Source of the DNA: Deltaproteobacteria bacterium
Lineage (GTDB): Bacteria; Desulfobacterota; DSM-4660; Desulfatiglandales; Desulfatiglandaceae
Reading direction: 5' to 3'
DNA: 64,000 nt
Assembly: GCA_019309145.1 (NCBI GenBank)
Contig: JAFDGR010000002.1
Location: 8,674-72,673 of the forward strand
The notes below the pieces were generated by a model. That model searched no databases, was not told the origin of the DNA, and worked only from the letters and a program-made list of their open reading frames with translations. Below, in pieces: positions 33,760 through 41,920 of this stretch. A program made the translations under genes and the position numbers. Position 1 is the first letter of the stretch; every line of letters begins with the position of its first letter.

Positions 33760-35670
33760 ATGGAAAGGATGTTTTCGCCATTTACAATAGGACAGACGGA
33801 ACTGGTGAACCGCTTTGTATTTCCGCCCATCAAGCTTGGATATGGGAACCCTGACGGCGCGGTTACAGACCGTCAACTGCTTTTTTACAGCCAGATCGCA
33901 AAAAACGGACCTGCCCTGATTATCCTGGAACCCGTCGCGGTTACCCCCGACGGGAGGGAACATCCAAAACAGCTGTGTGTACATCTGCCTGCGAGCGCGG
34001 CCGAGCTGCAGAAAATTGTTGACGTGATACACGGACAGGGGCGCCTTGCGTGCCTCCACCTGAATCATGCCGGTGCTGCGGCAAATCCCAAGGCGGCAGG
34101 CGGGCAGCCAAAGGCACCATCAACGATCACGTGTCCTACCACCGGCCAGGAATCCACGGCCCTGACGCTGGCTGAAATCGAGAAAATTCTCAGGGGATAC
34201 AGGGCGGCCGCGGAGAAAGCGGTCACCGCGGGCTTTGATATGATCGAAGTCCAGGGGGGACACGGGTATCTGGTGTCACAATTTCTCAACAGCAAGATCA
34301 ACAAAAGAAAGGATGATTTTGGCAAGGATCGTCTCCTGTTCGCCAAAGAGGTGTTGTTCAAGGTAAAGGAAGGAGCCCCCGATATCCCTCTGATCCTGCG
34401 GATTTCCGGAAACGAGATGTCCCCGGAGTTCGGAATCAGCCAGGAAGACCTCGCATCACTTCTGAACCTGGGTGAACAAGAGGGAATCGCGGCGATTCAT
34501 GTGGGCATGGGGAATTCCTGTTTCAGCCCGCCCTGGTACTTCCACCATGGCAGCCTGCCGCACAAACCCCAGATGGATTCGTTGTCCTGGGTACGCGGCG
34601 AAACCTCTTTACCCCTTATTGCCGCCGGGCGGATGGGCAGAAAAGAAAAAGTGATGGAAGCCATGGACCAGGGAGTCGCTGATCTTGTGGCGCTGGGAAG
34701 ACCTCTGATCGCTGATCCGGGCTTGATTGAAAAATGGCAGAACAGCCGGGAAGAGGAGATCATTCCCTGCGGCTACTGTCTCCAGGGCTGTCTCCACCGC
34801 CTCAAAAACGGGGATCCCCTCGGGTGTAATTTGAATCCGGAGGTGGGTTTACCGCCATTGGAACCGGCCGCCAATCCTTTGAGGATCCTTGTAGCTGGCG
34901 GCGGCCCTGCGGGCATGAGTGCGGCCTTTTACCTGTCAAAGCGGGGACATCAGGTGACCCTGGCAGAGGCGGGTGAGCATCTGGGAGGGCAATTCACCCT
35001 TGCATGGCAGGCGCCGGGTAAGTCCGACATGGAAGCGGGTCTCAAGGCGCTCGAGCACCAGGTCATGAGAAGTGGTGTCTCCATCATGCTCCACAGGAAG
35101 GTTGATGCGTCTTTGGTGCAAGCACAGGCTCCGGAACTGCTGGTATGGGCCACGGGAGCGGTACAAAACATCCCGGACATCCCCGGGCTGCAGGATCAGC
35201 ACGTGCTGACGTCCCTCGAATATTTCAAAGGAGTCAAAAAGGTCCAGGGGCCAAGGGTCCTCGTGATCGGCGCAGGAAGAGTCGGGCTGGAAATCGCGGA
35301 AAAACTGGGAAAAGAAGGCTATGAGGTGGTGGCTACCAAACGGACAGATCCCATCGGGAGTATGATGGAGATGATCACGAGGAAACTGCTTCTCATGCGG
35401 CTCGAAAAATTGTCCAATGTCACGCTCATGCCGCATACCACGGTGAAGAAATTTGCAGAGGGAGCGGTTGAAGTGGAACAGGACGGGTCTCAGAAGTCCT
35501 TCAAACCTTTCCAGACGGTGATCCTCTCTTCAGGAATGAATCCAGAGGAAGGACCGGATCAGGAGATCAGGAATGTGGTCTCCAGGATCGAAATCATTGG
35601 GGACGCAAATCAGGTGCAGGATATTTTCAGTGCAATTCATAGCGGCTACGAACTGGCGCGCCAGGTCTGA
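33760..35670 (+). CDS. OYE-family FMN / [4Fe-4S] / FAD-NAD(P) oxidoreductase (2,4-dienoyl-CoA reductase / enoate reductase architecture)
   Basis: OYE motifs are HGYLVSQFLNSKINKRKDDFG and AAGRM. The cluster motif is CGYCLQGCLHRLKNGDPLGC (C-x2-C-x3-C-x11-C). Rossmann motifs are ILVAGGGPAGMSAA and VLVIGAGRVGLE. Confidence 0.85.
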   Translation: MERMFSPFTIGQTELVNRFVFPPIKLGYGNPDGAVTDRQLLFYSQIAKNGPALIILEPVAVTPDGREHPKQLCVHLPASAAELQKIVDVIHGQGRLACLHLNHAGAAANPKAAGGQPKAPSTITCPTTGQESTALTLAEIEKILRGYRAAAEKAVTAGFDMIEVQGGHGYLVSQFLNSKINKRKDDFGKDRLLFAKEVLFKVKEGAPDIPLILRISGNEMSPEFGISQEDLASLLNLGEQEGIAAIHVGMGNSCFSPPWYFHHGSLPHKPQMDSLSWVRGETSLPLIAAGRMGRKEKVMEAMDQGVADLVALGRPLIADPGLIEKWQNSREEEIIPCGYCLQGCLHRLKNGDPLGCNLNPEVGLPPLEPAANPLRILVAGGGPAGMSAAFYLSKRGHQVTLAEAGEHLGGQFTLAWQAPGKSDMEAGLKALEHQVMRSGVSIMLHRKVDASLVQAQAPELLVWATGAVQNIPDIPGLQDQHVLTSLEYFKGVKKVQGPRVLVIGAGRVGLEIAEKLGKEGYEVVATKRTDPIGSMMEMITRKLLLMRLEKLSNVTLMPHTTVKKFAEGAVEVEQDGSQKSFKPFQTVILSSGMNPEEGPDQEIRNVVSRIEIIGDANQVQDIFSAIHSGYELARQV

Positions 35671-35686
35671 AGTCAGGGGACGAACA

Positions 35687-36049
35687 ATGGAAAATGAAGT
35701 CGATCGTGAAAAAGAGGTTCAAGAGCTGAAGGCGAGGATAAGGGCAGTGAAGGAGCAGCTTGCGGCGCTGGAGATGCGCGTTGGAAATGCGCGGAAACCC
35801 AGGTCAATGCAACCCCAATGGAAGGCCTTTGTGGATACGGAGAAATGTGTTGGATGTGGAATGTGTGTATCTGTCTGCCCCGCAGAGGCGATCAGTGTCC
35901 ACGAACAGGCCCGAGTAGACACCGAGAGGTGTATGGGTTGCGGGCACTGCGTCCAGGAATGCCCCGAATATGCGCTTTCGCTTCAGCCTTTGCGAGTTCT
36001 GGATGACCATCATCGGCCCTTTGCGCGTCGGCTTCAGCATGTTGGATAG
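35687..36049 (+). CDS. 2x[4Fe-4S] ferredoxin-domain protein with N-terminal coiled coil
   Basis: CVGCGMCVSVCP and CMGCGHCVQECP. The N-terminal 40 aa are helical and charged. Confidence 0.7.
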   Translation: MENEVDREKEVQELKARIRAVKEQLAALEMRVGNARKPRSMQPQWKAFVDTEKCVGCGMCVSVCPAEAISVHEQARVDTERCMGCGHCVQECPEYALSLQPLRVLDDHHRPFARRLQHVG

Positions 36050-36059
36050 GAGGAATGCG

Positions 36060-36716
36060 ATGGATCAGGTGTCTTTTTCAGATATTGCGATAGTAGCGTG
36101 TGGAACATTGAGCCTGGAGTTGAGCCACTTGCAAAGGGAGGGATTCCTGGATGCAAGGCACATTTTTTACAATACGCCGGGTCTTCATGAGGTGCCGAAA
36201 GAACTTGAACGGCAGTTGATTTATCGGATCAACAAGGCAAAGGAAAAAGCGGACAAGGTCCTCGTGGTCTATGGAGGGAAATTCTGTTACGTGAACGGCG
36301 ATGATCCCTACCGTACCATGAAAAAGATTATCGAGGAGCAGGGGGCGAATGTCTTGAGGATAGACGCAACCCACTGTATGGATATGCTGGCAAGTGAAGA
36401 AGAACGGGAGCGGATAGCCCAGGAAGTTGCCGGCGGAGAAAAGGTCTGGTGGATGACGCCGGGCTGGGTGAAGTTTCGGCACTACGTGTTCAAGGGATGG
36501 GACCAGGGGCTCGCCAATGAAAATTTTCCGCGGCATACCGGGGGAGCGATCGTCCTGGACGGCATCGGCTATATTGACCGCTATATGGCCGAACGCCCCG
36601 AGGATTTCCTTGAGTATTCCGACTGGATGGGGATCCCTATTCAGGCCTATCCCATCACTCTTGATCGCTTGAAATCCATGCTGGTCGCGCAGGCAAATAG
36701 ACTCCATAATGCATAA
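36060..36716 (+). CDS. DUF1638-family protein
   Basis: IAIVACGTLSLELSHL...VLVVYGGKFC...WWMTPGW..., as I recall this family. RBS GGATAGGAGGA. Confidence 0.6.
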   Translation: MDQVSFSDIAIVACGTLSLELSHLQREGFLDARHIFYNTPGLHEVPKELERQLIYRINKAKEKADKVLVVYGGKFCYVNGDDPYRTMKKIIEEQGANVLRIDATHCMDMLASEEERERIAQEVAGGEKVWWMTPGWVKFRHYVFKGWDQGLANENFPRHTGGAIVLDGIGYIDRYMAERPEDFLEYSDWMGIPIQAYPITLDRLKSMLVAQANRLHNA

Positions 36717-36745
36717 ATTTTGAAAAAGAAGGAGGAAAGAGGATT

Positions 36746-36931
36746 ATGTATAAACCTGAAGTCAATGTTGAGAAGTGTATTGGTTGCGAAGAATGCGTGG
36801 ACGTATGTCCGGTTGATGTTTACGAAATGCAGGATGGGAAGTCCGTCCCGGTGAACGGGGAAGAATGCCTTGGATGCGAGAGTTGTATAGAGGTATGTGA
36901 ACAGGAAGCAATTACGGTCTCGGAAGTTTGA
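36746..36931 (+). CDS. Small 2x[4Fe-4S] ferredoxin
   Basis: CIGCEECVDVCP and CLGCESCIEVC. 61 aa. RBS AAGGAGGAAAGAGG. Confidence 0.8.
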   Translation: MYKPEVNVEKCIGCEECVDVCPVDVYEMQDGKSVPVNGEECLGCESCIEVCEQEAITVSEV

Positions 36932-36984
36932 GCCTGTGCATAAAAAGAGATAAGGAAATTTTAATGGAAGAGAGGAAGGGAAAA

Positions 36985-37302
36985 ATGGTCAAGGAGATAA
37001 CAGAACAGGATTTTGAAAAAGAGGTGGTAAAATCGGAAACACCGGTTCTGGTGGATTTTTGGGCTCCGTGGTGTGGTCCTTGCCACATGGTTTCACCGGC
37101 TATCGAAAAGCTTTCCGGCGATTATGACGGGAAATTCAAGTTTTGTAAGATGAATGTTGATGAGGCCCAAAAAACGGCCCTGAACTACGGGATTATGAGC
37201 ATCCCCACGCTGATGTTTTTCAAAGACGGAAAAAGGGTGGATGAAATCGTGGGGGCGGTCCCGGAATCAATGATCGCGGAAAAAATTGAATCCCTTCTTT
37301 AA
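36985..37302 (+). CDS. trxA: Thioredoxin
   Basis: VLVDFWAPWCGPCHM and GIMSIPTLMFFKDG. The ATG is preceded by GAGGAAGGG. Confidence 0.9.
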   Translation: MVKEITEQDFEKEVVKSETPVLVDFWAPWCGPCHMVSPAIEKLSGDYDGKFKFCKMNVDEAQKTALNYGIMSIPTLMFFKDGKRVDEIVGAVPESMIAEKIESLL

Positions 37303-37394
37303 GCAGTAAGGATTCAGATTCATTGATTAGAGGGCCTTTACGGACTGATAATGACGTTTTTACGAGATGTCGGGGCATGAGATCTCTGACCGCG

Positions 37395-37436
37395 AAGAGG
37401 GGAATATGTAATGGGCATCATTCCCCCTCTTTTTCT
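37395..37436 (+). terminator. Rho-independent terminator after trxA
   Basis: AAGAGGGGAAT-14 nt loop-ATTCCCCCTCTT followed by a T-run. Confidence 0.6.
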
Positions 37437-37573
37437 CCGCCTTCGCTGAAGGCTTCGGGCTTGCCCGTGGGGATCCATGAGAACGCACGATCGAACATGC
37501 TCGCAGGAAACATCGAGTTGAAAATGATGTCTAAAACGGCAGGGTGGTGGAATAATTTGACAAGACATGGAGG

Positions 37574-39283
37574 GTGAAAGAGGTGGAAGAAAGAGATGTC
37601 ATGGAGGTGGATGTTCTTTTTGTGGGTGGAGGCATTGCCAGCCTGAGCGGAGCACTGCATCTTGCGAATTTGATAAAAACACAGAACAAAAAAGCAGAAA
37701 AAGAAGGGGAAGGGGAAAAGCTGGATGAGATTGTTATCGCTGTCCTGGAAAAAGCTGCTTTTGTGGGCTCTCACAGTATATCGGGTGCAGTCATGGATCC
37801 TGTCTCGCTCCGGGAACTCATGCCTGACTTCCTGGAAAATGGCGCACCCCTGGAAGGAAAAGTAACAAAAGAGGAGGTCTGCCTGTTGACAAGAAAGGGC
37901 CGGCTGAAAGCCCCTATCATCCCTCCACCGCTGAATAATCATGGATTTTATGTCGTCTCTCTTTCAAAATTGACCGGGTGGCTCGGGAAACAGGCGGAAG
38001 AGGCGGGAATTGATATCTTTCCAGGATTTGCCGGCACTGAAATCCTCTATGATGGGGACCGGGTACTCGGGGTCCGGACCGGGGATAAGGGTATTGATGC
38101 GGATGGCGGTAAAAAGGAGAATTATGAGCCCGGCATTGATCTGCATGCCAAGGTGACGGTTTTTGGGGAGGGTTCCAGGGGAAATCTCACCAAGACCCTC
38201 ATCAAGAGATTTCACCTTGATGAAGGAAGGAATCCAGCGAGCTATGTTGTTGGCGTAAAAGAGGTTTGGGAGCTTCCTGAAAGCAGAATGAATCCAGGAG
38301 ATGTCATTCATACGATGGGGTATCCGCTCAAGCGCAATACGTACGGCGGGGGGTTTGTGTATGGCATGCAGAACAATATGGTTTCCCTGGGGCTTTTGAC
38401 CGGCCTCGACTATGAGGACCCCTACCTTGATCCCCATAGGGAGTTCCAGAAATTCAAGCTTCATCCTTTTGTTGCGGAGATCTTGAGAGAGGGGAAGCTG
38501 GTCCAATACGGAGCGAAAACAGCGCCGGTCGGGGGATATTTTTCTATCCCCGGATGCGTCTTGGACGGGGCGCTGATTATTGGTGATGCAGCAAATCTTT
38601 TTATAAGCCAGAAGATCAAAGGGATTCACGTGGCCATGAAGTCCGGCATGCTCGCGGCGGAAACAATTCTGGAGGCACTCTCGAGCAATGACTTTTCTAA
38701 AGACCGCCTGGAGGGCTATGAGAAAAAGCTGTACAAGAGCTCCGTGGGTAAGGAGCTTTACAAAGTCCGCAATTTTCACCAGGCCTTCCAGAAGGGTCTT
38801 TGGAGTGGGATTGTGAAGGGAGGCATTCAATATGTGCTTGGGGGCCGAATAGTGAAAAATCGCCTGTTTACCAAGCCTGATCACAGTCATCTGAAAAGAG
38901 TAAAAGACGTATATGGGACTCTTTCTCCCAGTGACGAAATGAAAGGGGTTATCAAGTACGACGGAAGCCGTACCTTTGATAAGGAAAGCGATGTTTACTA
39001 TTCAGGCACAACCCATGAAGAGATGCAACCACCGCATCTCAGGATAGGGGATCTCAGTATTTGTTACACCAGGTGCACTGAAGAATATCAGAATCCCTGT
39101 GTCAGTTTTTGCCCGGCCAATGTGTATGAAATAGAGATGAATGAGGAAACCGGAGAACCTGAGATGAGGCTTAACTTTTCAAACTGCCTTCATTGCAAGA
39201 CATGTGATATTAAAGATCCCTATGAAAACATTACATGGGTTCCACCCGAGGGCGGTGGAGGTCCGAAGTACTCTGTGCTTTGA
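37574..39283 (+). CDS. Electron-transfer flavoprotein:quinone oxidoreductase (ETF-QO / FixCX-like)
   Basis: DVLFVGGGIASLSGA Rossmann motif and GDAANLFISQKIKGIH. The C-terminal ferredoxin-like part is CPANVYE...CLHCKTCDIKDP. The start may be GTG 37574 or ATG 37601. Confidence 0.85.
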   Translation: MKEVEERDVMEVDVLFVGGGIASLSGALHLANLIKTQNKKAEKEGEGEKLDEIVIAVLEKAAFVGSHSISGAVMDPVSLRELMPDFLENGAPLEGKVTKEEVCLLTRKGRLKAPIIPPPLNNHGFYVVSLSKLTGWLGKQAEEAGIDIFPGFAGTEILYDGDRVLGVRTGDKGIDADGGKKENYEPGIDLHAKVTVFGEGSRGNLTKTLIKRFHLDEGRNPASYVVGVKEVWELPESRMNPGDVIHTMGYPLKRNTYGGGFVYGMQNNMVSLGLLTGLDYEDPYLDPHREFQKFKLHPFVAEILREGKLVQYGAKTAPVGGYFSIPGCVLDGALIIGDAANLFISQKIKGIHVAMKSGMLAAETILEALSSNDFSKDRLEGYEKKLYKSSVGKELYKVRNFHQAFQKGLWSGIVKGGIQYVLGGRIVKNRLFTKPDHSHLKRVKDVYGTLSPSDEMKGVIKYDGSRTFDKESDVYYSGTTHEEMQPPHLRIGDLSICYTRCTEEYQNPCVSFCPANVYEIEMNEETGEPEMRLNFSNCLHCKTCDIKDPYENITWVPPEGGGGPKYSVL

Positions 39284-39403
39284 TACGAGTGCATTTTTGA
39301 GGGAATTCGTGGGTAGATAATCATGATAGGCGCTCATCAGGAATGATAGTTTGGGGAAATAGCAAGGATGGGCGCTGGATCGATCAAAGGAGGTGGTAGT
39401 ATT

Positions 39404-39637
39404 ATGCCGAGAGGTGATGGAACAGGCCCGAGAGGGCAAGGACCCGGTACCGGAAGAGGAATGGGAGGCCGCGGAGGCATGGGAGGCGGCGGTGGAAGAG
39501 GCCGAGGAGGTGGTTTCGGCGCAGGCCCGGGCGGCTCCTGTGTTTGTCCGAACTGTGGAGAAAAGGTTGCGCATCAGGCAGGCGTGCCTTGCTACGATCA
39601 GCGTTGCCCAAAATGCGGAACCATGATGACCCGTTGA
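39404..39637 (+). CDS. DUF5320-type Gly/Arg-rich zinc-ribbon protein
   Basis: MPRGDGTGPRGQGPGTGRGMGG..., then CVCPNCG...CPKCG. RBS AAAGGAGG. Confidence 0.6.
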   Translation: MPRGDGTGPRGQGPGTGRGMGGRGGMGGGGGRGRGGGFGAGPGGSCVCPNCGEKVAHQAGVPCYDQRCPKCGTMMTR

Positions 39638-39665
39638 TGCCCGGGTTCCTGCGACACGGAATGAT

Positions 39666-40715
39666 ATGGACATTTTTTCCATCATACAACACTCACTTCT
39701 GATTACCTTTTTTGTGTTTTCCATGATGCTCCTGGTGGACTTCGTCAATATTGCCACCAGGGGTGCCACGTCCAGGCTTATGCAAGGAGGCCGGTGGCGC
39801 CAGTACACGCTGGCCTCCTTTCTTGGTTCCACCCCCGGGTGTCTCGGGGCGTTCATGAACGTAACCCTGTATGTACACGGTATGTTGTCTTTCGGGGCTG
39901 TAACGGGGGGAATGATTGCGACCTCAGGCGATGAGGCCTTTATCATGCTTTCCCAGTTTCCAGGAACTGCCATGATGCTTTTTGGGTTGCTGTTTGTGCT
40001 GGGAATCGGCTTCGCGTGGTTGAGTGATCGTTTGATAAAGATATTGCACGTAACCCCTTGCGAGGCTTGTCTCCAGGCCGACTGCGAAGAATGTATGGGA
40101 GCAGTCGAAGATTCTCCTCCGGCCTGGCATGCATTCCGGTTCGAAAATGTATGGAAAAATGTGAGAGATCCATCGTTTACCCGTTTCCTTCTCTTCATAT
40201 TGATAGGGTCTTTCCTTGTGCTGGTCCTGGCAGGTATTATCGGCGATCCGAATTGGACGTGGAAACGTATCACGTTTCTCAGCCTTACCCTTTCTTCCTT
40301 GTATATCATTATGGTTTCTTCCGAGCACTATCTGCACGCCCATATCTGGGATCACATCATGAAGCGGCATCTCTTCCGGGTTTTCCTGTGGACGTTTGGC
40401 GCCCTGTTTTTTCTTCATTGGGGGCTGTCTTTCTGGAACCTGGACGCGGTTATTAAAACACATATGATGTGGGTGTTGCTGCTGGCGGCGCTCATGGGGA
40501 TTGTTCCCGAATCGGGCCCCCATCTTATTTTTGTGATGATGTATGCAAAAGGGCTCATTCCCTTTTCCGTGCTTCTCACGAGTTCATTTGTGCAGGACGG
40601 ACACGGAATGCTTCCGCTTTTGTCATACAGCATCAAAGACTCGATCCTTATCAAGGTCCTGAATTTTATCTTTGGTATTGGAATAGGTTTTATCCTTTAC
40701 GCTTTTGGCGTTTGA
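39666..40715 (+). CDS. Polytopic membrane protein (DUF2899 / ArsP_2-like putative metal transporter)
   Basis: 349 aa with about 10 hydrophobic helices and a central Cys/His-rich loop, CEACLQADCEECMG. The family name is from memory. Confidence 0.5.
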   Translation: MDIFSIIQHSLLITFFVFSMMLLVDFVNIATRGATSRLMQGGRWRQYTLASFLGSTPGCLGAFMNVTLYVHGMLSFGAVTGGMIATSGDEAFIMLSQFPGTAMMLFGLLFVLGIGFAWLSDRLIKILHVTPCEACLQADCEECMGAVEDSPPAWHAFRFENVWKNVRDPSFTRFLLFILIGSFLVLVLAGIIGDPNWTWKRITFLSLTLSSLYIIMVSSEHYLHAHIWDHIMKRHLFRVFLWTFGALFFLHWGLSFWNLDAVIKTHMMWVLLLAALMGIVPESGPHLIFVMMYAKGLIPFSVLLTSSFVQDGHGMLPLLSYSIKDSILIKVLNFIFGIGIGFILYAFGV

Positions 40716-40746
40716 GTAATTTTTGAACAGAGGCTCTTGTTATCTT

Positions 40747-41886
40747 ATGGCCGATTTTTTGGAAAAGAAGAATATTGCGGTTCCAGAGAGAGATGACTCG
40801 CAGACCCTCAGCTTTTACAAGTTTGTGTTGGACAGTGTTCCGGTCGCCATCCTTACGGTAAATGCTGACTTGCGGATCACAGGGTTTAACCCGTGGGCTC
40901 AAGAAATCACGGGGTATTCTTCAGAAGAAGTTGCAGGAAAATACTGTGGTGAGATCCTCCAAGGGGGAATGTGTTCCAGCCATTGCCCATTGAGGACAGT
41001 TATCGGGGGGCATGTTCCCATATCCCTTGTAGAATCAACTATTCGAAATAAGTGGGGAGAAACCATTCCAGTGAGGATGAATACCGCAGGATTATTTGAC
41101 AATAGTGGGAATCTCATTGGAGGGGTGGAATCATTTCAAGATATTTCCCGACTCAAGGCACTTGAAAGAGAGAAAAACAATCTCATTTCCATGTTCGCTC
41201 ATGACATGAAATCGTCTCTTACCATTATTGGCGGTTTTGTTCTTCGGCTCCTCAAGAAACAAAGGAATAATTCACCTGAGAAAGAAAAGAAATATCTCAC
41301 CATAGCAAAGAATGAGTCCGCTAGGCTTGAGGCCCTCGTCAATGAATTCCTTGAATTCTCCCGGCTCCAGACCGGAAAAATTCGCCTAGATCTTGCCGCA
41401 ACTTTGCTTGATAAAGAGTTGCTGGAAATGTTTGATGCATATCAACTTGAAGCCTCTCAGCACGGCATCAGGCTCGAACTTGAAAATGAAGAAGAACTTC
41501 CCATAATCCAGGCCGATGCTATTCAGCTCCGGAGGGTTTTTTCCAACTTGCTGGATAATGCAATAAAGTTTACCCAAGAGGGGGGAGCAATCTGGCTGGA
41601 GACGGGCAAAACCAAAGATGAGGTGTTTGTCCAGATTAGAGATGAGGGTATCGGCATTCCTTCGGAGGAACTCCCTTTCATTTTTGATCCGTTTCACCGG
41701 GGCCAGGCTGTTCGCGATAAAAAAGGTTTCGGCCTGGGACTTGCCGGGGTAAAGGCGATCGTTGAAGCGCATGGCGGACATATCAGGGTTTCGAGTGAAC
41801 CGCTGAAGGGTTCAGTGTTTACGGTGGTTTTGCCAAGGGAAGACAGCAAAAATATTGGCGGCGATATGGCCTCCCGCGACAACTGA
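40747..41886 (+). CDS. Soluble PAS(Cys motif) sensor histidine kinase
   Basis: PAS domain with C67-x8-C76-x3-C80. H-box is ISMFAHDMKSSL. HATPase motifs are NLLDNAIKFT and GFGLGLAGVKAIVEAHGG. Confidence 0.85.
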   Translation: MADFLEKKNIAVPERDDSQTLSFYKFVLDSVPVAILTVNADLRITGFNPWAQEITGYSSEEVAGKYCGEILQGGMCSSHCPLRTVIGGHVPISLVESTIRNKWGETIPVRMNTAGLFDNSGNLIGGVESFQDISRLKALEREKNNLISMFAHDMKSSLTIIGGFVLRLLKKQRNNSPEKEKKYLTIAKNESARLEALVNEFLEFSRLQTGKIRLDLAATLLDKELLEMFDAYQLEASQHGIRLELENEEELPIIQADAIQLRRVFSNLLDNAIKFTQEGGAIWLETGKTKDEVFVQIRDEGIGIPSEELPFIFDPFHRGQAVRDKKGFGLGLAGVKAIVEAHGGHIRVSSEPLKGSVFTVVLPREDSKNIGGDMASRDN

Positions 41887-41920
41887 CATTTCTGGCAAAA
41901 AGCCGAAAAGGAATTCGTGT

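Noticed and set aside
39393-39626. An alternative-frame 77-aa ORF over the DUF5320 gene.
   Set aside because: It is a frame shadow of the Gly/Arg-coding GGN/CGN repeats. The DUF5320 frame has the RBS and the zinc-ribbon motif.
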